DNA of 64,000 nucleotides, taken from NCBI GenBank assembly GCA_024137785.1, contig JAHRHZ010000065.1, forward strand, positions 27,121,700 to 27,185,699, written 5' to 3'. Source of the DNA: Ginglymostoma cirratum (taxonomy: Eukaryota). The position numbers and the translations under genes are program-made. The notes beneath the pieces were generated by a model. The model was not told where the DNA came from. It searched no databases and worked only from the letters and a program-made list of their open reading frames with translations. This document shows positions 27,425 to 40,910 of this stretch, one piece after another. The stretch's first letter is position 1. Every line of letters starts with the position of its first letter.

Positions 27425-27778
27425 TAGAATCATGGAATCCCTACAGTGCAGGAGCAGGCCATTCGGCCTATCAAGTCCACACCAAGCCTCTGAAGACCAT
27501 ACCTACCCCCCCCCCATCTTTTCACTATAACCCTGCATTTCCCATGGCTAACACACCTAACCTACACATCTCTGGACACTATGGGCAATTTGGTATGATG
27601 AATCCACCTAACCCGCACATCTTTGATCTGTGAGAGGAAGACAGAGCACTTGGAGCAAATCCACTTAGACTAGGAAGAACATACAAACTCCACACACACT
27701 CACCTGAGGGTGGAATCAAATCCAGGTCCCTGGAACTATGAGGCAGCAGTGCTAACCTCTGAGCCACCGTGCTGCCCC
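27425..27778 (-). mobile_element. HE1-like SINE, full length
   Basis: The minus strand starts ggggcagcacggtggctcagaggttagcactgctgcctca, with A/B boxes. Confidence 0.88.
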
Positions 27779-28439
27779 AGGTTAAAGTTTTCAGGTTAAT
27801 ATTTTCAGCATCTTTGAGTTGCAAGGGTGAAACAAGTCAAATGGATTAGCTGTCCCCCGTTTCCTCAGGAATGGTGAAGTTTGCAGATAATCTTGACTTT
27901 TCAGTGAACGGTGGTTTTTCCAAGTTGCTTTTTTACCAATAGTGGCTTCTGAGATTGAGAAAAAGAGTGAGGAAAAGAGGAACTTTCAGTATCCTTGTTG
28001 TTGTCAGTCCATAAGGCTTTCTCCTCCTTTGTTGCTGAAAAGGAAGCTATTGAAACATGATTCATTTGTAAACTCTAAATTGCGTTTCATTGTCTTTTAC
28101 AAACTGAACATTTCATATTCCATAAACTTATATCTCCCAATATGTGAATTAATCATGAAAGTGTGAGTAAATCAAAAGATGTGAATTTCTTGATGCCTCA
28201 CTGAGTTTCAGTGTCTCTTGATTAAAGTGGCAATTCCGATGCAGCTACTTTCACATATTCTAAGTGGGGTGCCTTGGTTTGTCAGGTGATCACAGCAGCC
28301 ATGGTAGGTCATTACTGTCCTTTAAAAAAAAACACTTCTAGTCAAGTAAAGCCACAATATTAAAGTCAAATGATGGAAGTTGAATATTGGGAGCATATTT
28401 TCACTACGATCAGAACAATATTCATGATATTCTTTTATT

Positions 28440-31400
28440 TCTACATTGTATGTGGGTATCACTGGCCAGGCCACATTTATTGCCTATCTGTAATTAAACT
28501 TTAGAAGACGGTGCTGAGCTACATCTTGAACCCTGAAATCCCCGTGGTATAGTTGTGCCCATTGTAAGGAAATGAGTTTAAGGATTTTGACCCAGTGACT
28601 GTGAATATCATTCTAAGTCAGGATGGTGTATAAAAGAAAGATTGCAGGCGGTGGTGTTTCCATGAGTCTGCTATTCCTGTATTTCTGTCTGCTAGAGGCT
28701 GTGGTTTTAAAAGGTGCATTTAAAGTATCTAAAAGATGCTACAGTGCCCTTTATGAATTTCACATTGTGCGCATTGGTGCTGAAGAGAGTTTGCATTAAG
28801 ATGGGGGGGTGAGATGTCAGTCAAGTGGATGTTTCATCCCAGGTGGTTTCTAGCTTCTTGAGTATTTTAGTTCAGGCAATTGGGGAACTATCCGTCATAT
28901 TTCTGGTTTGTGCCTTGTAAGTGGTGGACAGGCATTTGGAAGTCAGGAGGAGTTACTTGTTACAAAATTCCTAGCCTCTGACCTGTCCTTGTTGCCACAT
29001 GTTCATAGTCCCCTGGCCCTGATGGTTTGCATCCCTGGTTCTTAGGAGAGGTAACCACAGAAATAATGGATACATTATTGTAATTTTCCAAAAATTGCTG
29101 AAATTCTGGAAGTGTACCAGAGGATGAGAAAACTGCCAATGTGACACCTCTATTTAAGAAGGGAGGCACGCAAAAGGCAGGTGACTAAAAAACAATTAGC
29201 CTGACATCTATTGTTGGAAGGGTATTGAAGTCCACTATTAAGGAAGTAATAGAACATTTGGAAAATCGTAATCCAAACAAGCAGGGTCAGCATGGCTTCA
29301 TGAAAGGGAAATCATGTCTGACGAATTCATTAAAGCTTTTCGAGGCAGTCTAAACCAGAATGGATAGCGGGACAAGTAGACGTGTTGTAGTTGGACTTCA
29401 AGAAAGCGTTCAACAAGGTAACTCACAAAAGGTTGTCATAAGAGAAGGGCACGCAGTATTGGAGGTATCATATTGGCATGGATAGAGAATTGGCTCATGG
29501 GCAGGAAACAGTGAGTGGAGATAAGGGGTTGTTTTTCAAGTTGGCAGCCTATGACCAGTGGAGTTCCACAGGGATCAGTGGTAAAAACACAACTATTTAC
29601 AATGTATGTTAATGACTTGGAGGAAAGAAGTGAATGTACTGGAGCCAAACTTGTAGGCAATACAGAAATAAATGGAAAGGCAGCCTGCGAGAGAGATATG
29701 AGCAGTTTACAGAGAGATATTAATAGGTTAAGTGAATAGGCTAAAGTTGGTAAATGGAATATAATGTGGGCAAAAGCAAAGTTGTTAATTTTGGAAAGGA
29801 GAACAACAGAACAGAATATTATATAAATGGTGGGAAATTGCAGAAAGCTGCAACACACAGGGTCTAAGGGGAACCTGTGCCTTAACCACAGAAAGCTTGC
29901 ACGCAGGTGCAGCAGGCAATCAGAAAGACGTATGGAATGCTGGCCCTTATTTCAAGTGGGTCGGAGTATAAGAGTAGGGAAGTCTTACAGCAACGGTACA
30001 AGGTACTGCTGAGACCACATCTGAAATACTTTGAGCAGTTTAATCCCCTTATACAAGGAAAGATATTTCATTGGAGACAGTTCAGAGAAAATTCACTAGG
30101 ATGATCCCTAATATGGAGGGATTGTCTTTTGAGCTAAGGTTAAACAGGTTGGAACTCTATTCATTGTAAATCAGAAGAATTTGTGGTAATCTATTTGAAA
30201 CATATAAGATTCTTAAAGGGCTCAACAGGGTAAATGCTGAGATGATGTTTTTCCTTATGGAAGAGTCGAGGCCTAAAAGGTATAATCTGAGAATTAAGGG
30301 ACACTAATTTAAGACTGAGATGAGGAGGAATTTCTTCTCTCATAGGTTTTGAATCTATGGAATTCCTTACCACAGAGAGCTGTGCAGACAGAGACCTTGT
30401 GTATATTTAGGGCTAAGATAGTTAGATATCAGTGGGGGATTCAAGGGTTATAGGGAAGATGCAGAAAAGTGGATATGAGAAAAGTTGGATCAAGCATGAT
30501 CCCATTGAATGGCAGAGCAGGCTTGAGGGGTCAAAGGACCTCCTCCTGTTCCAAGATCTTATGATCTTATATGGCTAATCCAAATCAATTTCTCATCAAT
30601 GATAAACTCCTAGGATATTGACAGTGAAGGATTCAGGAATGAAAATCCCAGAGTAAGATTGTTAGATACTCTTGTTGGAGATGCTCACTGTTGGCACTTG
30701 TGTGTGAAAATGCTACTTGTCATTTATGACAAGCTGGATGTTGTCCCGGTCTTGCTTCAAATGTGCATGGGCTGCTTTCCCTCACTTTATTGATGTTTGA
30801 GAGTAGACTGATGGAGTGATAATTGGTCAGGTTGGAATTTTTAAAAGTTGCTCATGGGATGTGAACATCACTGGCTCACTTAATGCTCAGAGGGTAGTTA
30901 AGGATCAATGCATTACTATGAGTCTGGAGTTAAGTGTAGGCCAGACCAGATGAAGATGGCAGATTTCCATCTGTAAAGGACATTAGTGAGCCAGGTAGAT
31001 TTTTACTATTTTGATTACATGGTCATTATTAGGCTAGCTTTTTATTGAATTCAGATTTCATCATCCGTCATTGTGGGATTCAAATCATGTGCCCAGAACA
31101 GTAATCTGGTGTTCTGGATGACTAGTGATGTGACAGTACCACTATGCTACCATCCTTCTTCTCTATCTTGCTTTTTAAGGACAGGACATAACTATTCAGT
31201 TTTCCACATTGCCAGATAGATTCCAGTGTTATAACTGTACTGTAAGGGCTTGGCTAAGGGCACAGCTAGTTTGGAGCATAAGTCTTGAATATTATTGTGA
31301 GAATGTTGCATCCAGGACTTTCAGCAGCTAGAAACCTCATAAGGAAGCTGAGATAGGTCATCACAAATGGTTACAAATGTTTCTGCCTTATCTTTGCTCT

Positions 31401-31480
31401 GATATGGTAGGCTCTTCCATCATTGATGATGAGGGTATTTGTGGAACCTCTTCCCCCATTAGTTGTTCGATTGTCATGCA
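28440..31480 (-). mobile_element. Second-family LINE hosting a nested CR1 (29005-30570) and a SINE (30840-31150)
   Basis: The 3' tail is at ~28440. The sequence either side of the CR1 is collinear with the reverse complement of 12400-12850. Confidence 0.65.
29005..30570 (+). mobile_element. CR1-type LINE, ~1.55 kb RT region plus 3' end
   Basis: SPGPDGLHP...ANVTPLFKKG, QHGFMKGKSCLTN, TSGVPQGSV, LQRDINRLSE, LLRPHLKY; multiple stops; ttatgatcttat tail. Confidence 0.92.
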
Positions 31481-32539
31481 GCATAAATTCAGCCCAATAT
31501 TACATCAGTCTCATTCTGTTCACTTGTGAATTCAGAGGAGGACCCAGTAACTGGTCCCCCATTAGAAAACTCATGACTGTAAAACACAGGGAAATAATAT
31601 TGATACCTTTAGTGTAGGCATGCACAAGAGGTGACCATGGTGTGAACTGGTAATTCACAATGTTCTGAAAAATCATAAAATATAAGCATTTCTTTCTGCT
31701 TTAAAATTCAATTGATCTCCTACTTGTTAAAACAAAATAAAACGAGATTGTCTTCATTCTGTAATAAATTGGCTTGAAACAATAGTAGCAATAATGAGGC
31801 CAGGCAAAGTTAGTTGGTCTACTAGCCTGATCTTTCAAGTTTTCCATCGATTTCCATACTATGATTATGGAAGCAATAGCCTTGTGTCCACTTTGCTGAT
31901 AGGAATTAATCCAGTGTTTTTGAATTAAGAATAACTTCCGCAGCTTTCAATTTCATTGACCGTACTAGCAATTTGTTTATCAATTCTATCTGCCTTTTAA
32001 TAACACTATTTGCATGGGTTCTTCTGAATAAATGTTTCAAATTTTTACTGTACCTCATTGCTTCCTTTGTGCATATTCTTTCCAAACGTTGTGTTCACTC
32101 TATATTTGAGATGAGTCGATGCTCCGTATTTACAAAATCATGAATCACAAATATACCTAGCCACACTAAAAAACAAGCAACAACAAAAATCAACATCCGC
32201 GGGCAAAAATCATGTATTCGCAATGTTTGTAACCACTTCCGCACTCGCAAATTTCATCGTTCATGGGGATTCTCTGAAACAAATCTCTTGCGGATATGGA
32301 GGAACAACTGAATATCAGTTCTGTTTCTATGGCCAGTCATCCTGGTGATAAATGCTTTCATTCTCCTAGAATTATTAGCTTTTGACCAATGTTTCAGATC
32401 TTCCCTTCCATAACACTTATTGTTTTATTAATTACCTACAGTATGCCTCTAATGGAAATTGTATAGGGTTGGAAGTCTTCTGCATGAGTGTTCTCTCTTG
32501 TTCATGTAGTTTCATTTCTTAATTTTGAGGTTATTCTTA

Positions 32540-32848
32540 TTTAGAATTAGAATCCCTACATTGTGGAAACAGGCCCTTTGGCCCCACAAGTCCACACCGA
32601 CCCTTGGAGCATCCCACCCAGACCCATCCCCCTATAACCCGCACACCCCTGAACACTATGGGCAATTTAGCATGGCCAATCCACCTAGCCTGCACATCTT
32701 TAGACTGTGAGAGGCAACCAGAGCACTTAGAGGAAACCCACGCAGACACAGGGAGAATGTGTAAACTCCGCACAGACAGTCACCTGGGGTTGGAATCGAA
32801 CCCGGGTCCCTGGTGCTGTGAGGCTGCAGTGCTAACCACTGAGCCACC
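32540..32848 (-). mobile_element. HE1-like SINE (young)
   Basis: Intact A box tggctcagtgg and B box gggttcgattcc on the minus strand; close to 35823-36107. Confidence 0.9.
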
Positions 32849-34223
32849 GGAAGTAGTCCTCACTTAATCATAATTTTTGGTTTCTATCCTTTCTTTACAG
32901 TCTTATTCATCTGCTCAGTGAAGTTCCAAAACCTAACATATGACAAGCAACACGAGATTTGAGACCCCCAATTAAGCTGGAGGCGTTTTGTTTCAATCCC
33001 TTTTAGGAGAGTTACCTTATTATCATCGGGTGCTCATGTTTACTATGCCTTGCAGTTCTACTTTTGCTCATTTTTAGTATTGAAAATGGATTAAACAATT
33101 TTACAGTTCTCATCTTTAGTCTGCATTTAAAATACTGAAAAATATTTAAAATATCTGCTGTGCTGTCACACTGTCTTCCTGACTTCCCACTGACAATCTC
33201 ATGGAAAGTATTTCCCACATACATTTCCTTTTTGTATATGGTAAGTAGTGTAATTAGTTCACCTTTGATCTAGGCAACTTGTTCTTGTCAGAATGAATTA
33301 ATCAGTACTTTATCCAAGTTCTGAATCAGAATGGTTCATATCCGAAATGTTATGTAAGCCATCAACTGAATACTAACAAATGAATTCTCAGTTTAGGTAT
33401 TCGTATAATTGTGAGGTTTAGGATATTTTTATGATTTATGACAGTGTCTCCAAATTTAAGGTAAAAGAGAAGAGGTCATGTGTGACCTGACAGCATACCT
33501 TGGCTGTGTGATTGTTGAACTAAAGAGAGTTTAGGTTGCTTTACAGGGCAAAAGCATGCTTAGAGACAATAGCAGCAGCCTGTGTGGTAGTGGTAAATAA
33601 ATAGTGTGTCTTCAAGGTCTTTGAAAATCGTAGAAGATGTCAGGTTGTAAATAGTTGTGTTTTAAACTGCCCATGTAATTCCAAAATGAAAGAATTGGAT
33701 TCTCAATAGTGGCTAATCAATTGTCTACACCTAGATACAATGCCCAAGTGATGGACATCGCAACAGTGATGGCCTTTGAGATGGGAAAGGTACAGAAGAA
33801 GCCGTTTGGATATCGGGCTACAGGTTTCCCTTAAATATCACTGAATATCTCAAGATAAATTGTTCAGCAGAATCTCCACCCAAGAATGTGCTTAGGCATT
33901 CACATTCAGACTGCAAAGGCCAAATTCATGAGGTGTTAAAATGGAGCTGGAAGATTTGCCTAGCTATAGTTACAGGGTAAAGTCTCCTGAAAATGTTATA
34001 TCATGAAACTGAGTTCTTGAGTTAAATGTTTTCAATCTGGGAAAAGAAATTATGTGAAATAAACCATTAGTAAGAATCATTTTAGCCTGTTTCTGAGTGA
34101 ATTGAATGTCTGTTTGAAAAAAAAGTGTAATGGATACCTGAAAATGTCTTTGAGAAGTTTAATTTTGTAGTTTAAGTTCTAAGCTGCCTACAAAAATATT
34201 GATTAGTCAACAGAGCTTTTAGT

Positions 34224-34251
34224 CTGATGAAGGGTTTAGGCCCGAAACGTC
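34224..34251 (+). ncRNA. Minimal type-I hammerhead ribozyme-like motif
   Basis: CUGAUGA-A-GGGU(UUAG)GCCC-GAAA-C-GUC: conserved catalytic core, stem II, and a loop-less palindromic ACGU helix III. Helix I is missing or weak in this copy, so activity is unproven. Confidence 0.65.
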
Positions 34252-34350
34252 AAGTTTTCCTGCTCCTGTGATGCTGCTTGACCTGCTGTGTTCATCCAGC
34301 CCCATGCTTGTTATCTCGGATTCTCCAGCATCTGCAGTACCTTTTATCTC
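34224..34350 (+). mobile_element. Solo Penelope-like pLTR with minimal hammerhead core, 13-14 bp TSD
   Basis: (c)agagcttttagtc at 34211-34224 and 34350-34363 flanks ctgatgaagggtttaggcccgaaacgtc...gtaccttttatctc. Confidence 0.88.
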
Positions 34351-35822
34351 AGAGCTTTTAGTCAGATTGTTACAATAAACATCTTAATACCTTGTATCTT
34401 GGCTTGTCATCTGTTCAGCCATTAATCTGAAGTTCAAATTTCTCTTTTCTAAGTCATTAGTTTTTATGTGGATCATAACAGTTTGTGACAATAATTATGT
34501 ACCTTCAAGAATAACTTCTGCCCTGTTCTAATCACTTAATTAAGAAAATTACTGTTTTCTTATTTGTCAAAGTATCATTCTATTATGCCTCCTAATGTAG
34601 TAACAAATATAAATGCTTCAACTCAAAACTCAAAACTCAAAAACTCAAAACATTCACTTGACTCCCACTCAAATTCCTCCTCAATGACTCGATCCTCCAA
34701 TGCCCCAATCACCCCTCCTGCCCATGCAACCACCCTCACTGGCTCCCTATCACCTCTCCCAGCCACTATAGCCTCTGACTCAAGGGCTACTTCCCCAAAC
34801 TAACCCAACTACACCAACCCCCCAACCAACCTGACTAGCCTCCCTTCCGGACTCAACTAACGCTGACCAAACAACCTGCTCACCCAATACATACCTCACT
34901 TTATCCCTCTACAATTCCATCTACTTTCCATTCTATTCACCCACCAACTCATGCACTGATCACTGTACCCACTACCCACGCTACCACCCAACCCCCATTC
35001 TAGTTCATTAGCTCACATTTGCCCCCGTTCAGAGGAGTTGAGTCAATGTGTAATAGACTTCTGTAGAATTTCTTATTGCCCATATAATTTCTTTACCTTA
35101 ACAATACACTGCTTTTTCCAAATGAACAGGGCATGCCCTCTTTTTGAGACAGGCCTTTTATTTCTCTTCAAATTGATTGGTTGAGAATAATTTACTCTTT
35201 TTGGCTGTAGAGAATTCAATGATATGGAGTTTCAGCAATCCTCAATTTCAATCATCAAGACTGGTGCTGGGGTAGAAAAATGGGAATGCTCCTAGGAAAT
35301 TAGATTGAAGTACATTGTTGTTAAAAAAAAACAAGGTAGGACTTTACAGCTAACCTAGCTCATAAGTACTTCATGGTGACACTAGATGCCTAAAATGAAA
35401 ACTATTCCATTTCCTAGCACCCTTAGCATAAAATTCAAATTGTAAAAAGCTATACTTTTATACCATAAATTTCTACTATATTTTATACTTTTAAATAATT
35501 AGTACATACATTATATATGGGAAATCACTGCAAAAATCACATCTTTGATCCATTTCTCTGTCAAAACTTCTCACCATCTGAATTCAATTAAGTATGCATT
35601 TGTAATCCATTTGTTTGAGTTGTGTTAATGACTTTATCTGAACACATGGAACATTACTGAAATATAGTTACAGATTAATTCAGTTTATAAATAATGTTGT
35701 GCTCAACTTTGGGATTCAGTATTACATTATTCTACTCACACAATCTCAAAACTATTCAATTGCTTTAAACAATCAACTTCCACTTCTTACAAAGCTACTG
35801 TAATATAATACAAATCAAAACT

Positions 35823-36107
35823 CATAGGATCCCTACAGTGTGGAAACAGGCCCTTTGGCCCAACAAGTTCACACTGACCCTTGGAGCATCCCACCCAGAC
35901 CCATCCCCCTATAACCCTGAATGCTGTGGGCAATTTAGCTTAGCCAATCCACCTAGCCTGCACATCTTTGAAGTGTGGGAGGAAACCAGAGCAAACACAG
36001 GGAGAATGTGCAAACTCCACACAGATAGTCACCCAAGGGTGGAATTGAACCCCAGTCCCTTGTGCTGTGAGGCAGCAGTGCTAACCCACTGAGCCACCAT
36101 GCCACCC
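35823..36107 (-). mobile_element. HE1-like SINE
   Basis: High similarity to 32540-32848. Confidence 0.9.
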
Positions 36108-39062
36108 CAAAAAAAGCTTTAAAATTCAAAAAATGTTTGCACACGTAAACCCTTCAAAACCTCAATAATTCTATGAAGTTTGAATAAGCCACCTTAACGT
36201 TAGTTTGTATAAAACTGTATGTGTTTAAGTAGATTAAGTTCAACATAATGGATTAGAATCATAGTGACACCTATTTTACCATAATGCTATTAGTATTAGA
36301 AATGAGAGTAAAACCAATGCTATATCTAGTTTTTATTATGTTTTGTTGAAAGTTTCTTCTTCCTAAAGCTCTTCCATTCAGTTAAGTACCTACCATCAAT
36401 AAATTTAATTTTCATTATTTTCTATTCATAGTGATAAATATTAACAAACTTCTCTAAACAGTGCAATCACTTTTTCACAGCTTACTGCAATTTTTATTAC
36501 TGCACAACAGTTGACAGGTATCTTCCAGCACTTATCGTATGTGCCTTTGGAGAAACGCATGCTATGTGGAACTCAAGTTCTTTTACCTTTAGTAAGTAAT
36601 CACACAAACACTGTTACATAATCAATGGTTAACGGAAGCTCTAGAGTGTTTGCATGTTACAATATTAACTGATGTCAGTAAGCACTCAGTGAAAGAAAAC
36701 TACTGTCATCAGAACTATATGGATCTTCATGCAATGCAATGGTATTTATAAAGAATAGATTCTATTTCTATATTAACTCTCACCAGAAAGTCAGCACAAC
36801 TTTCCAGGAATTTCAGATGAAATTTTCTTTTTAATTTACTGCTCATAGCCAACCATTTTCCATGCATCCAATCGTTTTCTTTGTCCATTAAAGATGAAAT
36901 GGCTAAAATTTACTTAACAGCTTTTTGTTAAAACCATTAGCCCATTCCATTGAGATCATCATCTTTAATGAGCCTATTTGTTAACCTAAAAAAAAGTTCA
37001 ATTTTACACGAATTGACCTTACCATCTGCTTTATTGAGTTCCTATCTGAAAATCTAAAAACCATTCATAATATCCCTGGATTAAGTTACCAAGCTGCAGC
37101 ACATTTTTGAAGAACATCCAACCATTAATTGCTGTTGATTCTATATGAACAGGATGTGTTTTTCATTCTCTGCCCCCATCAAACTTGCTGCAGCAATATA
37201 TTTTAAAAATAAATAAATTCATATTCCACCAGCATGGTGGTGCATTACATTAGCTCTTCAAAGGTATCACGTTAGAATCCATAATCATCTAAGGAATGGA
37301 CCTCAATTTAGCAATAACCAGGCAGGAAGACAAAGATTATAGAATGGTGTTGGAAGAGCTCTGAGATGGACTGGAGGGTAACTTCCAGCAGAAAAAATGA
37401 TAGAAAGGTAGAAGACCAACGAAATATTGTGACAGCAGATAACTTGGCACCAAAAGAAATTGAAAATTAATTTGAAAGATGTAACAACATGAACTTTATA
37501 AAAACTTTTATAGTTGGATATGAATAAGCATCTAACAAGTAATGTGTGATAAAAGCCGTCAGTCTTTAGAACAGAAAATTAATCATTTTGGAAGTCATCA
37601 AATTAAATTGCACTGTCTAGTCCTCAACAAAAGTCATGAGTACATTTCTATAAAAGGAAATTGGGCAGGTTTCTAAAATAGGATTGTGTCTTTTAGTATA
37701 ACTTATCATTAGGCTTATTACTAAGAATATTGCAAATAAGATAATTCAGTTACAACCCCTGTCTATTTGCATTTCAGAACACTAGCTTGTTCAAGAATTA
37801 TGTGGAATGCTAATAAATGATGGATTAAAATGTATTGATCCAGAATATCATTATATTACAGTCTTGACTGAGTTTAACTACTTACAAAAACTATAAAGCA
37901 TGTCCAAATGAGATTTGGATAATGTTGGTCATTTATTTCTTTATTTTCTCCCCATAGTTTATTATAACAAAAAATTGTACTTCTGTGAGAACATTATCAG
38001 CAGCCTGTGGAAAGTGAAAATTGGCATGCATTTAGAACTCATTGCAGTAATTGAAACTGTGCTTTTTTTCCAGAACAAGATAAATGTCCTTGATTATGTC
38101 TCACAATGACAGATTGCCCTGGAACACAACTTGTAAAGTGGTTAGCCATAAGCATTTTACATATGTGTTTTTGTAGATATTATTTGTTCTTTCAGTTTTG
38201 CAGGAGATTTTGATTTTTATATATAATATTCATTTTTGTACTAATGATAAATGTCAGGTTATAGTCTTAAGAGAGTACGCTGCTAGTTTTTACTTCATAA
38301 CAGGCTAACCAAAGTACGTCAGGATATGTTCATAAAAGCACCAGTGTTTCTAATCAGGGAAACGAGCCTCTTGCTTCCAGAAGACTGATAAAGATCCATT
38401 AATGCACATGTTTGTTCATTGCGATAATTTAGAGCATATTCAAAAAGTGATTAATGTTAAAACAACAATCAAATTTGGAACAGTAAGAGATGGGTATCTT
38501 CCTTTCCTTGCAATTCTAACAGAACATTTTATGTGATTCACTGGAACTATTAGTCCCTGTTTTATTGATTCTATCCCATTTATCTCTATTAAAGCAAAAT
38601 ATCTGACATTAATGGCTTCACTGGATGAGCCCACTGGTGCAGCAAAAATCAAGATGAGAAAACATTCATTTCCCTAAGATGTAGACATAAAATTTGAAGT
38701 GATATTCACTGAACAAATATACTTAATAATTGCACACTCCACCAGCAAGATACTACTGTCCCTGGTAGCTTTTAATTCCTATTATTTTTGTTGGAAGCAG
38801 GAGGTTAGTTTTCCTGATTACAAGCATTAATGCTTAATTCTACTGCAGCTAATTACAGTACACATTGAAGGACTTGAGCTAACCCTTTATGTAAAATAAA
38901 ATGAGCAGCGAACTAATGTAAAACTGTAAACTGTCACTTATCATTAATCCCTCCTCCAGTAAAGACAAACAAAAGGGTCAAAATAATATCAACACTACCA
39001 AACTGAACAAATAGTTATTCCTACACAATTTAAGATATAAACTTGAAATGTTCCATCAGCAC

Positions 39063-39405
39063 AGGCAGCACAGTGGCTCAGTGGTTAGCTTTGCTGCCAC
39101 AGAGTGCCAGGTACTCAGGTTTGATTCCAGCTTGGAGCAACTATCCGTGTAGAGTTTGCACATTCTTCCCGTGTCTGCATGAGCTTTCTCCGGGTTCTCA
39201 GGTTTCCTCCCAAAGTCCAAAGATGTGTAGGTGGATTGGCCACGCTAAATAGTCCGTAGTGTCCAGGGATGTGTAGGTTAGGTGTGTTAGCCATGGGAAA
39301 TGCAGGGATAGGATAGAAAGATGGGTCTGGGTGAGATGCTCTTCAGGAGGTCTGTGTGGACTTGTTAGGCCAAATGGCCTGTTTCCACACCATGGGGATT
39401 CTATT
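39063..39405 (+). mobile_element. HE1-like SINE (plus orientation)
   Basis: ggcagcacagtggctcagtggttagc...ggtttgattcc...gggattctatt. Confidence 0.88.
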
Positions 39406-39549
39406 AAAAAAAAGGATTTGGAAGTGCATCAGACAGAGGAAAAATCAAGAAACCACAAGCATAATGATCATGACCTTTTCATTACACCCATGTGATAATG
39501 TTTTGGTAAAACTCCAACCCAACATAAAATGTCATATAAATCCATAGAA

Positions 39550-40910
39550 CCCCATCAACATTGAATAATAGAATTTTATAGCAAAGGGGGCCCTTTGGCC
39601 CATTGTGCTAAGGTCAAATAAATCCCTATTCTCCCAATTACTCCACTTTAAAAGAAAATCATCCACTTCCTTTTTATAAGTTATCTTCGACTCTGATTCC
39701 ATATTGTATCTAACAGAGCATTCCTTGCCTAAATGGCTGATCCTTAACAAATGTTCATTAATTTCTCCTTTTTTTTGTGATGATCTTAAATTTTTGCCCT
39801 CTCGCTGCCAACTTCCCAGAGCATGGGAAATAGCATTCTTGTACTTACAATATTGGAGTACCTTTTTATTTTCTAGCACTTTTACCAAATTTCCTCTTAA
39901 TGAAAACAGATCCAAGGAGAGAACTTTGGATGTGGAAACATATTCATAAATCACTTATTTAATCCATGTCCTTTACATTTTTCTGACATAGGGCACACAA
40001 AACTAAACACAATTCCCAACTACAGTGTAATGAGTTATTTGTATTACATTAGCATCATCACTTCTTCTGTGAACTTGATGCTCCTTTTTGTAAAATCTAT
40101 GATCAAATTATTATGCTTGGATCAACCATCTTTCCCAATGAAAGATTAGCTGCCTGAACTTTTAAGTTGCTCTGCTACTTTTAAAGTTTTATCATTTAGC
40201 ACATTTTTATCTCAGTTTCCTCCTAAAACGTATCATCTTCTCTATATTAAATTTTGTTCAGCGTCTATCTGCCCAAATTGCATAAAAGCCTGCTCATAAT
40301 TAATCACATCTTTATTTTCCTGTCATTGGTGAACTTTGACTATGTAACTTTTATGTTCAATTCCGAATGGTGTAATTAGATTAAGAAAACCACTGGCTTA
40401 GATACCACAGCGAACATCTCTTGACTACCTTTTTTTTAAAATTACTAACTGTTATTCTCTGTCACATAACCATTTTGCCTTCCAGGCTGCCATATTTTCT
40501 ATAATGTTACAAGTCCTTGTTTTATCAAATACCTGTGATATAGTTTAGTTTAAAAAAGACTTTGTTATTCTTTGCACAATATTTCCTTTCAATGCAGTTA
40601 TTGAGCAAAGATTTATATTGAAATTTAAAGATCCAAATTACTTTCTACAAATGTGTGCTAGCTATCTTTAATAACTCATGTCTTTCTAAGTGTTAACTTG
40701 ATCCCATGTTACGGCCTGTAGACACATATCCACTACCAGTATCCACAGTTACAAGATTTTTTTCCTTTCTCCCTTTTTAAATGATGTGTTACATTGGCAC
40801 CCTTCCAGTCCTCAGCCACAAATCTTATTTCCAAAAAAAATTTGAAAGATTGTGGTCGAAGTCTCCTCAAAATTTTGGGATACATGCCATCTGAACTGAA
40901 TATATATTCC
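39550..40910 (-). mobile_element. Highly decayed CR1-type LINE
   Basis: ORF 40733-40915 DGMYPKILRRL...EDWKGANVT; ORF 39532-39954 LDLFSLRGNLVKV. Confidence 0.6.

Noticed and set aside
32180-32312. Tigger/pogo-like terminal sequence (gcggatatggaggaacaactg)
   Set aside because: Only one end is recognisable; no matching TIR or TA duplication found.
32780-32848. tRNA-like A/B boxes (also at ~18810-18880 and other SINE heads)
   Set aside because: They are SINE heads; no complete cloverleaf or terminator.
33400-34490. Possible solo LTR (TG...AATAAA...CA); similar impression at 24440-25540
   Set aside because: No TSD, primer-binding site or second copy found.
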